IMG/VR virus record: IMGVR_UViG_3300031578_000005
Location: 1-64,000 of that record
Reading direction: 5' to 3' (one strand)
Source: a virus
Length of the DNA: 64,000 nucleotides
In this document: one piece after another, positions 20,301-31,208 of the stretch
Layout of the letters: each line of letters opens with the position of its first letter
How positions within the stretch are numbered: the first letter of the stretch is position 1
The notes under the pieces: model-generated
What the model saw: the letters and a program-made list of their open reading frames with translations, nothing else
Databases searched by the model: none
What the model was told of the DNA's origin: nothing
Program-made: the position numbers and the translations under genes

Positions 20301-21859
20301 TTGCTGCCGATTTACACGATATAAAACAATATCTATCAACAAAAGATTCCGAGACATTTAGCACAGCATTTAATGATTTTTATAATGCTGGCGGGTTATA
20401 CTCAACAATTCAGACTAATTTAGCTGAATATTGGAAAACGGCAAATGAAAGCATCACAGGTACAACGCCAATTTATAAAAATTTGCATGATGCTCTTGAT
20501 GTTTTATTGAATCCTAATTCTACTGTTAAGACAACTAACATAAAGGGGCTATATTTTGGAAATATATTACAACCAGTAATTGAGAGAGAAACTATTATAA
20601 CATATAGCCAAATTACATTTAAAATGGATAATTCTACCTATGGTAAGGCTAAATATAATTCACTTAGTACTAGAAGTACCAATGATAAAACAAAAAATAT
20701 TGATAATAACTATTTTAAAACACTTTTTAAAAAACTCGACAATTTACTTATTTTTGTGATTAAAACAAAAAAAGAAGAGCAAACAAAAATTGATAAATTA
20801 ACAAGTAATGAGGATATAATTACACAAACATACTATTCATTTAAAAATATTAACGATAAATGGATATCGGGAAAGGGTAATTCAATTAATGGATATCCAT
20901 TTAATGTTGGCGGTAAAAATCTTATAGATTCATTTGCATTTGTCGATAGAGCAATGAATCCTATTGGTGATACAATACTTAATGCAGAGATTCTTATACA
21001 ATTATTTGATGATCCCGACGTTTCGTTATTTAGTGTAATATCGCAATTATTATCTGTAAATGGTTTTGAGTTTTTCCCGCTACAAAATTTTATGAACTTC
21101 AACAATGCTGATAATTGGACTGATTCATTTAAAATTAATTTAACTACTGATAATGCAAATAATACCGCATTTGTTTGTATGTATATCGGTGGTGCTTCTA
21201 GCTATCTATCAACATCAAATAGTTCAAATGGTGGTTTTGAAAATGATGGAATTATTGATATAACCAATCCAGATGCACCAGAATTTAATTCAGCACCAAG
21301 TTCACCACTAGAAGATCAAGAAACTAATAATAAAGACTTTCCTTGGAGACAGGTTAGGGCATTTAGAGTTAGATTTGGTACACAAAATCAATCAATGTTT
21401 AGCGACATAAAAATTGATAGTAAAGAATATCTCGACACAAATGAATCAATACAAATTCTATCAAGAATGGCTGGCGATAATAAAATTAATGAACCAACAC
21501 CTATTGGTCAAAGCCTTTACAGCATATATGAAAGTAGGTCATATAAAGCATCAATCACCGGACTGGGAAATGCAATGATTCAACCAACACAATATTTTCA
21601 ATTAGAAAATATTCCAATGTATAATGGTGCATATATCATATTGAATGTTGAGCATAATATTATGCCAAACAAAATGACGACAACATTTTCTGGAACTAAA
21701 TTATCTAGATATCCAGTACCACGTGTTCTAAACCCAATAGCACTCGTTGGAATCGATAATCTTAGTGAATTGTCTGGTGGTGAAATCACACAAGTCGCAC
21801 TACTTAGTAATAATACATTAACACATCATAACTCAATGTACACACTTAAAATAACTTAA
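17354..21859 (+). CDS. Large virion structural protein, baseplate-hub-like
   Basis: 1501 aa; N-terminal FGI..I.I...F.P.V.I.FVDIRG, C-terminal GNAMIQPTQYF...GAY.I..VEH.I....M.T.F.G (gp27/late-control-D-like). Confidence 0.65.
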   Translation: MSDDLNNYQITKERDHVILVDPNYVNINYENGFVNGIPKYEDMFIFAELTATSKGRTIIDSTGINSTNTVTINLLGVNQDNTTPNSDYLNFTTNYYDGSMGGKDIYESFGISAINIKINSSFIPQVNIQFVDIRGLSFFNNEKSPYRILFDFPPPTFKLKIKGYYGKALTYELHLVKYTTEFKAENGNFVIDAQFVAMTFAPLSDILFRYVTNIAMVKDFGMTPIPNAKPRNTYDLILKLKSLYSSINEKIKAEPESKRFEIIRKNIEIINGGIDKINSYKDDTILSKDTNQPLLIINSTTNLVEKTPTNDWSLIDNTLYYDKIIQKSASSGININPKDRLYIGYAVGANSSTVDDEDISNFPPTIAAYDGNTSRMDDLVNSLNKYAETLISTVNNVIPNITISNASSNVNYKKNVATGDDFSTRYAILDITSYYISLYKQKTNLNKEKQSISDIISTKVNSMIITELGMIPTIYNVFKIILDDVDQFFTEFRKYAFEAETDHKRDINKIANGTGSFDVNGTKIYAYPLIMEPKDGRNERVAPIKLRRSGISFPELTFVDIFIKSFQEESSLAALYDFRNNQNDDGTFKWVPISPVDSKIGGASNLSPYIPNNINNATIQIFQTIIERYYMLSQGIFPDEFGPNTIDSVSGAYQGLFAEAEAANLAEVLSLLPDDKTLKFIKTSINTYLNDIKNFYKDINKISLSSENTLYSFVNDVDYFQINPDNSDVGKIYVDKINPNFVGLSIYENAIPIQNATDINDATKPVDYFKKNSGGVWIKNLAQGRPSEFHYDFTEQNFLYVSDYNSNKIEKNIVDTSTGTVLTTRYVGYNENQAGVNLGSYGYYLSKVSFSDAYDYGNNFLGGPKYVYNFKNLTNLANVVDVWVQELNDNGHYLEDKVINTNSKLSALLILANFGWTFSPFNTYPNDINSLIFNTAAGIEVPKFLILYLGALVDAINNDWENEIIDYFTNDSGKYLKNGGIFIAADLHDIKQYLSTKDSETFSTAFNDFYNAGGLYSTIQTNLAEYWKTANESITGTTPIYKNLHDALDVLLNPNSTVKTTNIKGLYFGNILQPVIERETIITYSQITFKMDNSTYGKAKYNSLSTRSTNDKTKNIDNNYFKTLFKKLDNLLIFVIKTKKEEQTKIDKLTSNEDIITQTYYSFKNINDKWISGKGNSINGYPFNVGGKNLIDSFAFVDRAMNPIGDTILNAEILIQLFDDPDVSLFSVISQLLSVNGFEFFPLQNFMNFNNADNWTDSFKINLTTDNANNTAFVCMYIGGASSYLSTSNSSNGGFENDGIIDITNPDAPEFNSAPSSPLEDQETNNKDFPWRQVRAFRVRFGTQNQSMFSDIKIDSKEYLDTNESIQILSRMAGDNKINEPTPIGQSLYSIYESRSYKASITGLGNAMIQPTQYFQLENIPMYNGAYIILNVEHNIMPNKMTTTFSGTKLSRYPVPRVLNPIALVGIDNLSELSGGEITQVALLSNNTLTHHNSMYTLKIT

Positions 21860-22690
21860 ATGGCATATACCGCATTAAAACAAGAGGGAATTAATTTTAT
21901 TCGCAACGTTTGTAAAAATCAAGGAAATAAATTATTATCAGGTAAAGTTTCCGATGGTCCATTACCATATTGCAACCCCCCAACATCTCCTGACAAAATA
22001 TGGTATGCACACCCAAAAGATGATAGTGGTGTTTTAATAACAACAAGTATTGCGTTAGGAGAAGCATTAATTAAATGGTTTAATAAATATTCTGAACAAT
22101 ATGAACTGAATGCAAATATTATTGCAGCACAAGCATATGCAGAATCTGGATATATATTATGGAATTATCCATTAACCAGTTCAGCATCTGGAATTAGTCA
22201 ATTCGTTAATGATGCTGTTTATGATATAATCATTAGAAATCAGGATAAAACATTTTCTACAGATGAAATTAGTGCGATTACTAAAGACTTTACTCAACAC
22301 ATACCAATAGCCCCAAAAGTAACTATTGGTAAAAAAAATAAACCATATTTACATCAAAATATTTGTGATAATCCACAAATTATGATTAAAGCACAATGTT
22401 CGTACATGAAAATAATTGCAAATCGATGCGATGGAATTGCAAGTAGTTCATTGTTTGGGTATAATCGTGGACCCGAATATTCGTTTCCATCATACACTAA
22501 ATCAATAACTAGTGCAAGTAATCATAAGTCAGGATATGAAGAAGAAGGAATTAATTATGTTTATAGAATTTTTAATATATTAGGTAACCCTAAATATAAT
22601 AAAAATGGATATTTTGGACTTGATGAATTAAATTTAAATGAACCTTTTAATGAATTTAATGCGGAAATTGCAATATCAAATTTAAGTTAA
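21860..22690 (+). CDS. Lytic transglycosylase (SLT-like), probably tail associated
   Basis: AQAYAESG catalytic Glu, ASGISQF, GYNRG. Confidence 0.8.
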   Translation: MAYTALKQEGINFIRNVCKNQGNKLLSGKVSDGPLPYCNPPTSPDKIWYAHPKDDSGVLITTSIALGEALIKWFNKYSEQYELNANIIAAQAYAESGYILWNYPLTSSASGISQFVNDAVYDIIIRNQDKTFSTDEISAITKDFTQHIPIAPKVTIGKKNKPYLHQNICDNPQIMIKAQCSYMKIIANRCDGIASSSLFGYNRGPEYSFPSYTKSITSASNHKSGYEEEGINYVYRIFNILGNPKYNKNGYFGLDELNLNEPFNEFNAEIAISNLS

Positions 22691-23481
22691 AGCAATCCTG
22701 TTTTTAATTCATATAAACTTATAATATCATCATCAACACTATCTTTTTTATATGACATTTCATTAATCTTTTGAATAGCTTTCGCAATACCATCCTTAGA
22801 ATTTGTATTATTTACATTTTCCAATAACGCAATACTCTCGGTTTTATATGTTTCAAGTAGCTCTAATTTTTCATTATCTGTTGATTTAATTAATTGCAAA
22901 AATAAATTTCGGTCACCCTCATTTAATGAAAAATATTTTTCATTAAACTTATTAATCGCAATTTCAATTATATCGTCATTAATCTCGTCTTTTATATCGA
23001 CGTTTTCAGTAATTAGATTCTTCGGTGTTTTAATGTGATTTAAAACAACTGTAAATGATTCGTGAATGTCATCTACATCAACCTTATCATAATCAATGAG
23101 AGACTCTTTAATTAAATTGTCAATAGCACAATATAAATTATATTTATGACTATAATTCTCAGGTAAAAGATTAAACAAATCAGCCTCAATAAGCGGTATT
23201 AATTTTTCATGCTCCCTTTCAATTTCTTCTATAGTATATACCTCAAATAATTTAATGTTATTATCAATATAACGAGTCGCAGCAAGATCACTCTCAATAT
23301 GTTTATTTTCAATATTATTGAACACTTTAAACTCTAATTGTAATAACGGAGATTTTTTCATAACATCGAAAAAGTCAAAAGCAATTGCTTTTGATTCCCC
23401 AATCAAATTATTGTTGAAATATGAGTCTTTTAATTTATTTGATATCACCAAATTAACAACTCCAATATTAATGTTTTCCAT
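22687..23481 (-). CDS. Hypothetical protein downstream of portal
   Basis: Helical ORF with late motif upstream. Confidence 0.7.
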   Translation of the reverse strand: MENINIGVVNLVISNKLKDSYFNNNLIGESKAIAFDFFDVMKKSPLLQLEFKVFNNIENKHIESDLAATRYIDNNIKLFEVYTIEEIEREHEKLIPLIEADLFNLLPENYSHKYNLYCAIDNLIKESLIDYDKVDVDDIHESFTVVLNHIKTPKNLITENVDIKDEINDDIIEIAINKFNEKYFSLNEGDRNLFLQLIKSTDNEKLELLETYKTESIALLENVNNTNSKDGIAKAIQKINEMSYKKDSVDDDIISLYELKTGLL

Positions 23482-23608
23482 ATAATATAATACAATTTAA
23501 TATAAATACTGTAATTAAACCTAAAATGTTAGTATGTTGTAATATATTAATATATGATCAAAAACAATTGCTTCAAGTAATACATTTAACATACATATAT
23601 TCAATACT

Positions 23609-26600
23609 TTATAATTTGTTTTTCTTAATTCCTTTGTTAATAGTAATCGGATTTTCTAGTAATTCTGAGATTTCTTTAATCATGCTTTCAGCATTTTTAT
23701 TTAGTTTATCATTAATTTCATTATTCTCTTGAATAATGGCCTTTTGTTTTACTTTATTTTTACTTCCAGTCTCAGATGTGTTTCCAAAAACTAACTTTTC
23801 TAAATGTTCATTATATTCCCTTTCACTTAATTTATGATTTTCCATCATTGGTGGTATTCCACCACCAGCAGGAGCACCTGTTTCAGATGGCATTCCACCA
23901 CCTTCGGTACCACCACTTACCGGCATTCCCTCAATCGGTTCACCAAATCTTTTATCAATATCTGCAAATAAACCGGATTTCTTTATTGTAACTGGAGAAT
24001 CTTGAAGTTCTTGCATCACAACCTTTTCCATTTTTTGTTGCTTAAGGTCTTCAACAATTTCTCTATCAGTCATGTTAAATATCATACGCTTTGCTGTGGT
24101 ATGTGACATTGCAGCAATACCCCCTTCAGCACGTGTTAATTCAGTATATGTTTGTGCTTTTTCACGCATTAATTCTGACTTCAATAATTCTTGTTGTGTT
24201 GATGGATTGGTTAATGTTAAAGTAAAATCGCTTAAATCTTCTGCCGTGTACCCTAATAAAAATAAATGGATCATTGCCATTTTATTCAATTCTTGAATTA
24301 CTGATTGTTGTATTCGATTAATTTTTTTAGCGAATCTAATATCATATTGCGCCATGTTTTTACCAGCACCCGCAGCATCACTAAAACTTAAAAATGGTTT
24401 AGGCACACCAAGCCCAATAAATAAGTTATCTCTCAGATACTCAATATCTTGTATGGCATCTAAATTAGAATTTTTTGTAAATATTCCACATGATAATGCA
24501 AAATTATGATAATTATGAAATTCTTCATTACCATCAATGGTTATCGTACCAGTATCTTGTTTTTCAGTAAGAAACTCAATAGAAATAATCTTATGATTGT
24601 AACAAGGTACTTTGTGTTTAAAATCGTTCCAATTTGAATAGCCAAAATGTTTTAATAATTTATCAATGTTATTACGAGTAATTACAGTCATTTTATTTAA
24701 CTGTTTATTATTCGAATTTAATTTTTTGAATTCTACAAACCATTCAGAATTTTCAACATTAATTTTATTTTCAAGTATTAAATCAATTCTATTAAATTCA
24801 TTATAATAGTCAACAATTAAGTCAAGTAATTTTTCACTATATTTAATTGATTGTTTTTCTTTAATAATTTCGCCTAAATTTGTATTTTTCCATTGTAATT
24901 TAGTGTTATTTGAACATAATAATTTATGCTTTGGTTCATTCTTAGTTTTTATTGATTTCAATCTAATTCGATCAATAATTGCATTTCTATTAGGATTATT
25001 TTTAAATGTTTCAACCGACTTATTCCTAGATTTAATTGAATTATTAATACTTATATTATTTCTAAATTCTCTATCAATATTTGATAATTCATTAATATAT
25101 TTTTGTGCTGAATTAGATTGTTTTTTTCTTACATTAAAACAAAATTCTTTATCATATTTTAATTTATCGTGATAATTCTTTCTACCAGCTAATAATCTTA
25201 AATCAACAGATTTCTTAAATTCTTTATTAGTGTTATACTTAAATTTATATGCTTCGCTACCAATTGATGCTTGTTCAGCATGTTTTAATAGATGTTCATT
25301 AACTGTTAAAAATTCTAAATTATTTGGGTTATTATCATATCTATTAAAATTAATATGATGTCTAATTTTATTGGAATCTGGAATATTAAAATAATCCGAA
25401 ACCATTCTATGTGTATATATCCAATTATTTGTTGAATGATTATAAATCATTTCGTAATCATTCCCTTGATTTTTTATTTTTTCAAATTTTTTATTGAATG
25501 CCCACATTGATTCACCAACTTGTAAATCTTTGGCTTGTTTCTCACCATTAAATTTTGTTGGAAATTTATGATCAGGTGTACATATTATTTCCTCACCATT
25601 ATCTAAGGTCAGTTTAATCACTTGGGTGTTTTTACGAGTAATTCCCGCCCACGTAATTTTACTGGGCACAATTTGTCCTGTTTCGGAATCTATTGAATAT
25701 GACCATAATTCCTTACCCAATTCATATTCAGATATGACATCATTTAATTCAAGGCTTCTGCCATCAAGTAATTCAATCTTTGTATTTAACGCTAAACATG
25801 CTCCGGGAAGGGTGTCAATGCCTGTTTGGGTATTAGCATTTCTTACAGGTAGGAAATAATCTTCATCATTACCTAATATATTAAAACGATAATCAATTTG
25901 TCCACTATTTGGATTTACTTGTGAAGTTTTTTTAAATTTTGTTGCAACCTTATAGATATATTCTTCAATATCATCCTCATCAATATTTCCGACATCAATT
26001 TTAAATACTTTTTTCTCACCAGCACGAATAATACGATATGTTAACATAGCATCTTCAGCCATTACCAATTGCCTGAATACTCTACGAACTTTATTTAATA
26101 GGGAATTGTGAACAACAATGTTATTGGCATAAAAATTATGATTTTCATTATCGACATGAATATCATAAACAAAACCAATTTCATCTAATTCGATTGACTT
26201 TATTTTTTCGACAATGAAATCATTGGTTAATCTATTTTTAATGTCAGAAACAATTGTTTGCTTATTTTTTGATTCATAATAATATATTACATATGCATCG
26301 GAAATATTAATTACTTTATTGCCGTTAATAACAACATTATTTCTTTTTTTTCTTTTATTAATACTACCAGTTTTATATCCTAGTGATTGTGCCAGTAATT
26401 TAATATCGTTAATTAGTGCATAATTAGACATTTCGATTGTAAATCTTTTACAATTCCACTTATCAACGCTTACTGCCCCATCAGCATCTTGTAAACCTTC
26501 TAAAAATGCTTTTCTAATTTCAATCGATGCAGAATATATCCATTTGGGAATTCTTTTTGTTCTCGCATCCCCAGAAAATTCCATATTTTTTAATATTGTT

Positions 26601-29215
26601 GCCAAAGATTTTGAATTAACAACTGCTGAGGCAATTCCGTTAGCATAGTTATTATTCTTTCTTAAATATATTTTTTTATTTGAGAATTTTTCTAATAAAT
26701 TAATATATTTGCTATTAATTATATCATGTACACCATATGCAAAATAAACCATGTATGGTCTTTTTATATTTATTCCCCCATCACCAATTAAGAACCCAAA
26801 TAATTTTGCAAAATCCTCATCAACAAAATTTGGTACATATTTTAAATCACCAACAAAATCATCATACAACCTATTTTTATATTCTTTAATCTCAACTGAT
26901 TTATTAATTTCAATTTTATTATCGTAATCGTCATGGTTATTTATTATTAATCCATCCCCAATTTTTAACTCATTAACAAATTTTTCTTTAAATAAATCAT
27001 CGGTATAATCATAAATTGGAATTTTATGATTATCAGTTACTTTAAGATAATTATGTTGTGTTGATATTTTAAACGTTTGTTTTTCCCCATTACACACGAC
27101 ATCCAATACATTGGTTTCTATTTTTTGTTGTGTTTTAATGTCAAAACCAATAACAACATCACCCTTTAAAATATTCTTAATTTCTTTAATTCCATCCTTC
27201 GTTTTTATGTAAGTGTCTGATAATAAGCAACTTCCATAAGGCAAAAATTTGTCGTCTCCAAGTAATCTAAAATGTGCAATTTCAAAAGTATTAAATTCAT
27301 CACCAGTCATTCTTTCCTTAAATTTCACCAAAGGTTTGCCATTTTGAATTCTTTCAAACCTTTCTATTTCATAATTAACCATTTGTTTGACATGGGTAAT
27401 CCCCTTTTTTCTTTCGCCATATAATAATACGAAATTATCACCATATTTACAATTCGATACAAACACTCCATTTCTAGTATATTCACCACTTTCATCCTTA
27501 CTACAAATTGGAAAATTATGTCTATCCTGTTCGTTGTTTTTACCAACAACTTCCATGCAATATACATCACATTTCTCAGATATCTTCTCAATAGATATTA
27601 CTTTATGATTAAGAACACAGTTTTTATTACCACGTGCATTAGAAATGGCAGCGGCTCTTTTAAAATTACTTTCGTTATTGAATTTTGGATTAATTTCTGA
27701 CGCAAAATTACAATATGTTTTATGTGTTTTTCTAAATATTAATTTAGTTAATGTTGTTGATGATAATGATTTGGTTAAATCTTTTCTTATTTGATTATTG
27801 GCCATTTTAAACGATTTCATGAATTCATCATCTAGTGTCAGTATTTTACCTAAACCGTTTGCTGAAACATAATTATCACGATTTTCTAACACAACTATTA
27901 TGCGATTTAAACAATTATCATCAATTTTTAGTTGCATTTTATTCTTTAATTTATCTTGGTATTCAGAATCAGACCATAATTCAATCATTCTGTTTTTACG
28001 TATGATATTATGCTCATCATGCAATGGACTATTATTATATTTCTTAAAATACTTAGGATATGTTCCTAACATTTCTTTTGATAACCTATCTTTTCTATCT
28101 TTTGAACGAAGATATTTATCAATTCCCAACATTCTTCTTTCTTTTACGTCTTTCCTTTGTAGTATGAATTTTCCCTTTTCACCAAGCACGTTATGATATT
28201 CACAGTGTTTTCCAGTGGTCATTCTTAATAGGTTCTTTGGGTGATTATTCTTTTTATTGAAGTCAATATGATGTGTAACATATTTATCTTCGGACTGTTT
28301 TTCATCATCTAAGTTTATTACACATTCTTTTGCAACAGCTCTGTGTGTAAAAACATGACGATTTGTTGCTGGATCATATACTTTTTCATATCCAGAAATG
28401 AAATTTGTTTTATTACTTGTTATAGTATAAAAGGGCATTAAACTAATTCCTACATTTAGTTCATCAGCTCTTAGGTATGAGCCATTTCTAAGCATAAATT
28501 CATGATCTGGTGTTGTCTCAACATATGTACCATCATCAAATTTTATTTTTAATATTTCACTATTTTTTCTAGTTAAATCACACCAAACCACTTTACCGGG
28601 TAATATCTTTTTTGTTTCATCTTGAATGGAATATGTCCATATTTCTTCATTTGGGTTAAGTTTTATCCTTTCAGATAGTTCTTTAATTGTAATTGTTTCA
28701 CCATTTAATAGTGGAATCATACTATCATATTTAATCGGCAAGTTCCTTACCCAAAAAGGTAGATTAACATTAACATTTACAATATCATAGAAAAATTCCT
28801 CCAATAACATTTTTATTCTTTCTTTATTGGAATATATATTTAGCATCTTGCCATTTAAGCCGATTGTTGTGGCTTCTTCCATAAATAAATCCAATGCACT
28901 TGAAATAATGGGGTAGTATTCCATCCCCTCATAGTCAATGTATGCTGGCAATCTCGCTGCTTCATATTGAAGTGCCTTTTGGAAACCTCTATCAGTTGTT
29001 CTAAAGAATTTATTTTGAAGATCACGCTTTTGTTGTAATTCTAAACCCTTTTGATGTATTTCTTCGGGGGTGCTACCTTTAATTATGATCTTTGATTTTT
29101 CTTGTGCTGGTGTTGATTGAGATATATTTGTTTGTACGTCCTGAAGACCAAATCCATCTAAATTAAGCATTTTATTAAGTGCTTGATAAATTGTTTCTTT
29201 ATTTTGTTCTGCCAT
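23609..29215 (-). CDS. Portal protein (T4 gp20-like) with three inteins
   Basis: Exteins: DYEGME..P.ISSALD, WVRNL|CKYGD, HFRLLGD..LPYGS|SLL, EDAMLTYRIIRA, EDYFLPVR, TLPGA|SNLD, DIRFAK; about 621 aa after splicing. Confidence 0.93.
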   Translation of the reverse strand: MAEQNKETIYQALNKMLNLDGFGLQDVQTNISQSTPAQEKSKIIIKGSTPEEIHQKGLELQQKRDLQNKFFRTTDRGFQKALQYEAARLPAYIDYEGMEYYPIISSALDLFMEEATTIGLNGKMLNIYSNKERIKMLLEEFFYDIVNVNVNLPFWVRNLPIKYDSMIPLLNGETITIKELSERIKLNPNEEIWTYSIQDETKKILPGKVVWCDLTRKNSEILKIKFDDGTYVETTPDHEFMLRNGSYLRADELNVGISLMPFYTITSNKTNFISGYEKVYDPATNRHVFTHRAVAKECVINLDDEKQSEDKYVTHHIDFNKKNNHPKNLLRMTTGKHCEYHNVLGEKGKFILQRKDVKERRMLGIDKYLRSKDRKDRLSKEMLGTYPKYFKKYNNSPLHDEHNIIRKNRMIELWSDSEYQDKLKNKMQLKIDDNCLNRIIVVLENRDNYVSANGLGKILTLDDEFMKSFKMANNQIRKDLTKSLSSTTLTKLIFRKTHKTYCNFASEINPKFNNESNFKRAAAISNARGNKNCVLNHKVISIEKISEKCDVYCMEVVGKNNEQDRHNFPICSKDESGEYTRNGVFVSNCKYGDNFVLLYGERKKGITHVKQMVNYEIERFERIQNGKPLVKFKERMTGDEFNTFEIAHFRLLGDDKFLPYGSCLLSDTYIKTKDGIKEIKNILKGDVVIGFDIKTQQKIETNVLDVVCNGEKQTFKISTQHNYLKVTDNHKIPIYDYTDDLFKEKFVNELKIGDGLIINNHDDYDNKIEINKSVEIKEYKNRLYDDFVGDLKYVPNFVDEDFAKLFGFLIGDGGINIKRPYMVYFAYGVHDIINSKYINLLEKFSNKKIYLRKNNNYANGIASAVVNSKSLATILKNMEFSGDARTKRIPKWIYSASIEIRKAFLEGLQDADGAVSVDKWNCKRFTIEMSNYALINDIKLLAQSLGYKTGSINKRKKRNNVVINGNKVINISDAYVIYYYESKNKQTIVSDIKNRLTNDFIVEKIKSIELDEIGFVYDIHVDNENHNFYANNIVVHNSLLNKVRRVFRQLVMAEDAMLTYRIIRAGEKKVFKIDVGNIDEDDIEEYIYKVATKFKKTSQVNPNSGQIDYRFNILGNDEDYFLPVRNANTQTGIDTLPGACLALNTKIELLDGRSLELNDVISEYELGKELWSYSIDSETGQIVPSKITWAGITRKNTQVIKLTLDNGEEIICTPDHKFPTKFNGEKQAKDLQVGESMWAFNKKFEKIKNQGNDYEMIYNHSTNNWIYTHRMVSDYFNIPDSNKIRHHINFNRYDNNPNNLEFLTVNEHLLKHAEQASIGSEAYKFKYNTNKEFKKSVDLRLLAGRKNYHDKLKYDKEFCFNVRKKQSNSAQKYINELSNIDREFRNNISINNSIKSRNKSVETFKNNPNRNAIIDRIRLKSIKTKNEPKHKLLCSNNTKLQWKNTNLGEIIKEKQSIKYSEKLLDLIVDYYNEFNRIDLILENKINVENSEWFVEFKKLNSNNKQLNKMTVITRNNIDKLLKHFGYSNWNDFKHKVPCYNHKIISIEFLTEKQDTGTITIDGNEEFHNYHNFALSCGIFTKNSNLDAIQDIEYLRDNLFIGLGVPKPFLSFSDAAGAGKNMAQYDIRFAKKINRIQQSVIQELNKMAMIHLFLLGYTAEDLSDFTLTLTNPSTQQELLKSELMREKAQTYTELTRAEGGIAAMSHTTAKRMIFNMTDREIVEDLKQQKMEKVVMQELQDSPVTIKKSGLFADIDKRFGEPIEGMPVSGGTEGGGMPSETGAPAGGGIPPMMENHKLSEREYNEHLEKLVFGNTSETGSKNKVKQKAIIQENNEINDKLNKNAESMIKEISELLENPITINKGIKKNKL
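24470..25798 (-). other. Intein 3 (443 aa, HNH endonuclease)
   Basis: CLALNT...CTPDH...HHINFNRYDNNPNNL...FTKN|S. Confidence 0.88.
26105..27229 (-). other. Intein 2 (375 aa, LAGLIDADG endonuclease)
   Basis: CLLSDT...VTDNH...LFGFLIGDG...FLEGLQDADG...VVHN|S. Confidence 0.9.
27452..28738 (-). other. Intein 1 (429 aa, HNH endonuclease, non-canonical Pro start)
   Basis: PIKYDS...TTPDH...HHIDFNKKNN..NL...VYCMEV...VSN|C. Confidence 0.8.
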
Positions 29216-29341
29216 TTTATAAATTTTTATACTTTTTTATAAATACTTTGATTTTATTGAAAAGTTATTTAGATATAAATACAATTAGTATTTATTTATT
29301 GACATTATCATAAATTTATTTATTTTTGTAAAAAACATATA

Positions 29342-30939
29342 ATGACAATTTTAGAATTTATATCAGGTAATATAAATAACATTAAAGAGGCTTCGATAAA
29401 GAAGGTATTTCCTAATGAATATATTGAAATAATTAACTTCAATAATAATTTCTTCTTAGAACATGATATGAAATGGATTCAAAGATTATATAATTGGATT
29501 AATAATATCAATGAATTACCAAAATGTAAAAATGAAAATTGTTGTAATACTGTTAGATTTTTAGCCGTAGGAAAAAATAAAAGATATCTCGATTATTGTT
29601 CAAATAAATGTGCCCAAAGTTCACAAGTAATTATTGAAAAAAAGAAAAAAAGAAAAAAACAACACTAAATAATTTTGGAACAGAATACCCAATGCAAAAT
29701 ATTGAGGTAAAAAATAAATCAAAAAAAACAATTATAAAAAATTTTGGTGTCGATAATCCATCTAAATCAATAACGATACAAAATAAAAAAATAAATACTA
29801 ATATTAGTAAATTTGGCGTTGATAATTACTCAAAAACAAATGATTTTAGAAAAATTATGATAGATCGTCATAATGCCACTACATTAAAATCATTTTCAGA
29901 AAAATTAAATATTGACATAGGCAATATTGAAATAATTAATAAAGATTTTATTAAAATAAAAAATTATTGTACCATCCATGATGAATTTATAATATCAAAA
30001 GATAATATTTATAATAGAATAAATCAAAAAATCGAAAATATCTGTACTAAATGCAATCCAATTTCAGAAAATTCATCAATTAAAGAAAATGAGGTTAAGG
30101 AATTTATTAAGAATGAATTAAATATTAAAACCAAGAAAATACGAATTGAAAATAAAGAAATTGATATTTATTTGCCTGATTATAAATTAGGAATTGAATT
30201 TGATGGATTATATCATCATTCACAAAAATTTAAAGACATTAATTATCATCTGAACAAGACCGAAATTTGTGAGAAAAACAACATACAATTACTTCACGTA
30301 TTTGAGAACGAATGGGTTAATAAAAAAGAAATCGTCAAGTCAATCATTAAGAGTAAACTAGGAATTTATGCTGAGAAAATATTTGCTAGAAAATGCCAAA
30401 TTAATGAGGTAACTAACAATAATTTATTACGTAATTTCTTAAATACTAATCATTTACAGGGCTTTATTGGAAGTTCTGTTAAAATTGGTTTATTCTACAA
30501 CAATGAGCTAGTATCGCTTATGACATTTGGTAAGAAAAGACTGGCTATGGGTAGTAAAGTCAGTATTGACGGTGAACATGAGATGCTGAGATTTTGTAAT
30601 AAACTCGATACACAAGTAATTGGTGGTGCTAGTAAACTGCTTAATTATTTTATTGAAATCTATCAGCCTAAGTCAATATTAACCTTTGCTGATAGAAGAT
30701 ATAGTCAAGGTGGGCTGTATAAACAATTGGGTTTTGAACACATTGGTAATTCTGATCCAAGTTATCGATATTATCATAAACATGATTATGGCACAAAGCA
30801 TCGTTTCAATTTCAGAAAAGATAAATTAGTTAGAGAAGGTTATGATAAAAATAAAAGTGAACGTCAAATAATGACAGAGAGAGGATATTTAAGAATTTAT
30901 GATTGCGGAAATATGAGATTCTATAAAGAATTATTTTGA
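29342..30939 (+). pseudogene. Hef-like homing endonuclease split by a frameshift (29342..29668 and 29692..30939)
   Basis: Zn motif, FGV repeats, EIDIY...GIEFDG.YHHS, C-terminal RFCNK...GGASKL...FADRR; frames shift in the A-rich run near 29637-29659. Confidence 0.7.
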
Positions 30940-31028
30940 AAACATTGTAACAAAACTTGAAATTTAACGTATAATGTAATTGAAATACGACAGCAATGTT
31001 TTATATTTGTTGTTATAAAATGTTTATT

Positions 31029-31208
31029 ATGAAAACACAAAAAGATATGGTAAAGGCTTGGGCTAAGATGGAATTAAATTCTTCTTATGGTTTCCCACCA
31101 ATTCCTGTTATACCAATGGAGTATGATGAACACAAAGCACTACAAATTACCGAAGAAGGTAAGAAGAATTTAATTGTGATACAAGAAGCATTGAAAAATG
31201 TTTTATAA
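31029..31208 (+). CDS. Small cassette protein resembling family-B DNA polymerase motif B
   Basis: KMELNSSYG ... ALQITEEGK; stop codon lies in the TTATAAC core. Confidence 0.55.
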   Translation: MKTQKDMVKAWAKMELNSSYGFPPIPVIPMEYDEHKALQITEEGKKNLIVIQEALKNVL

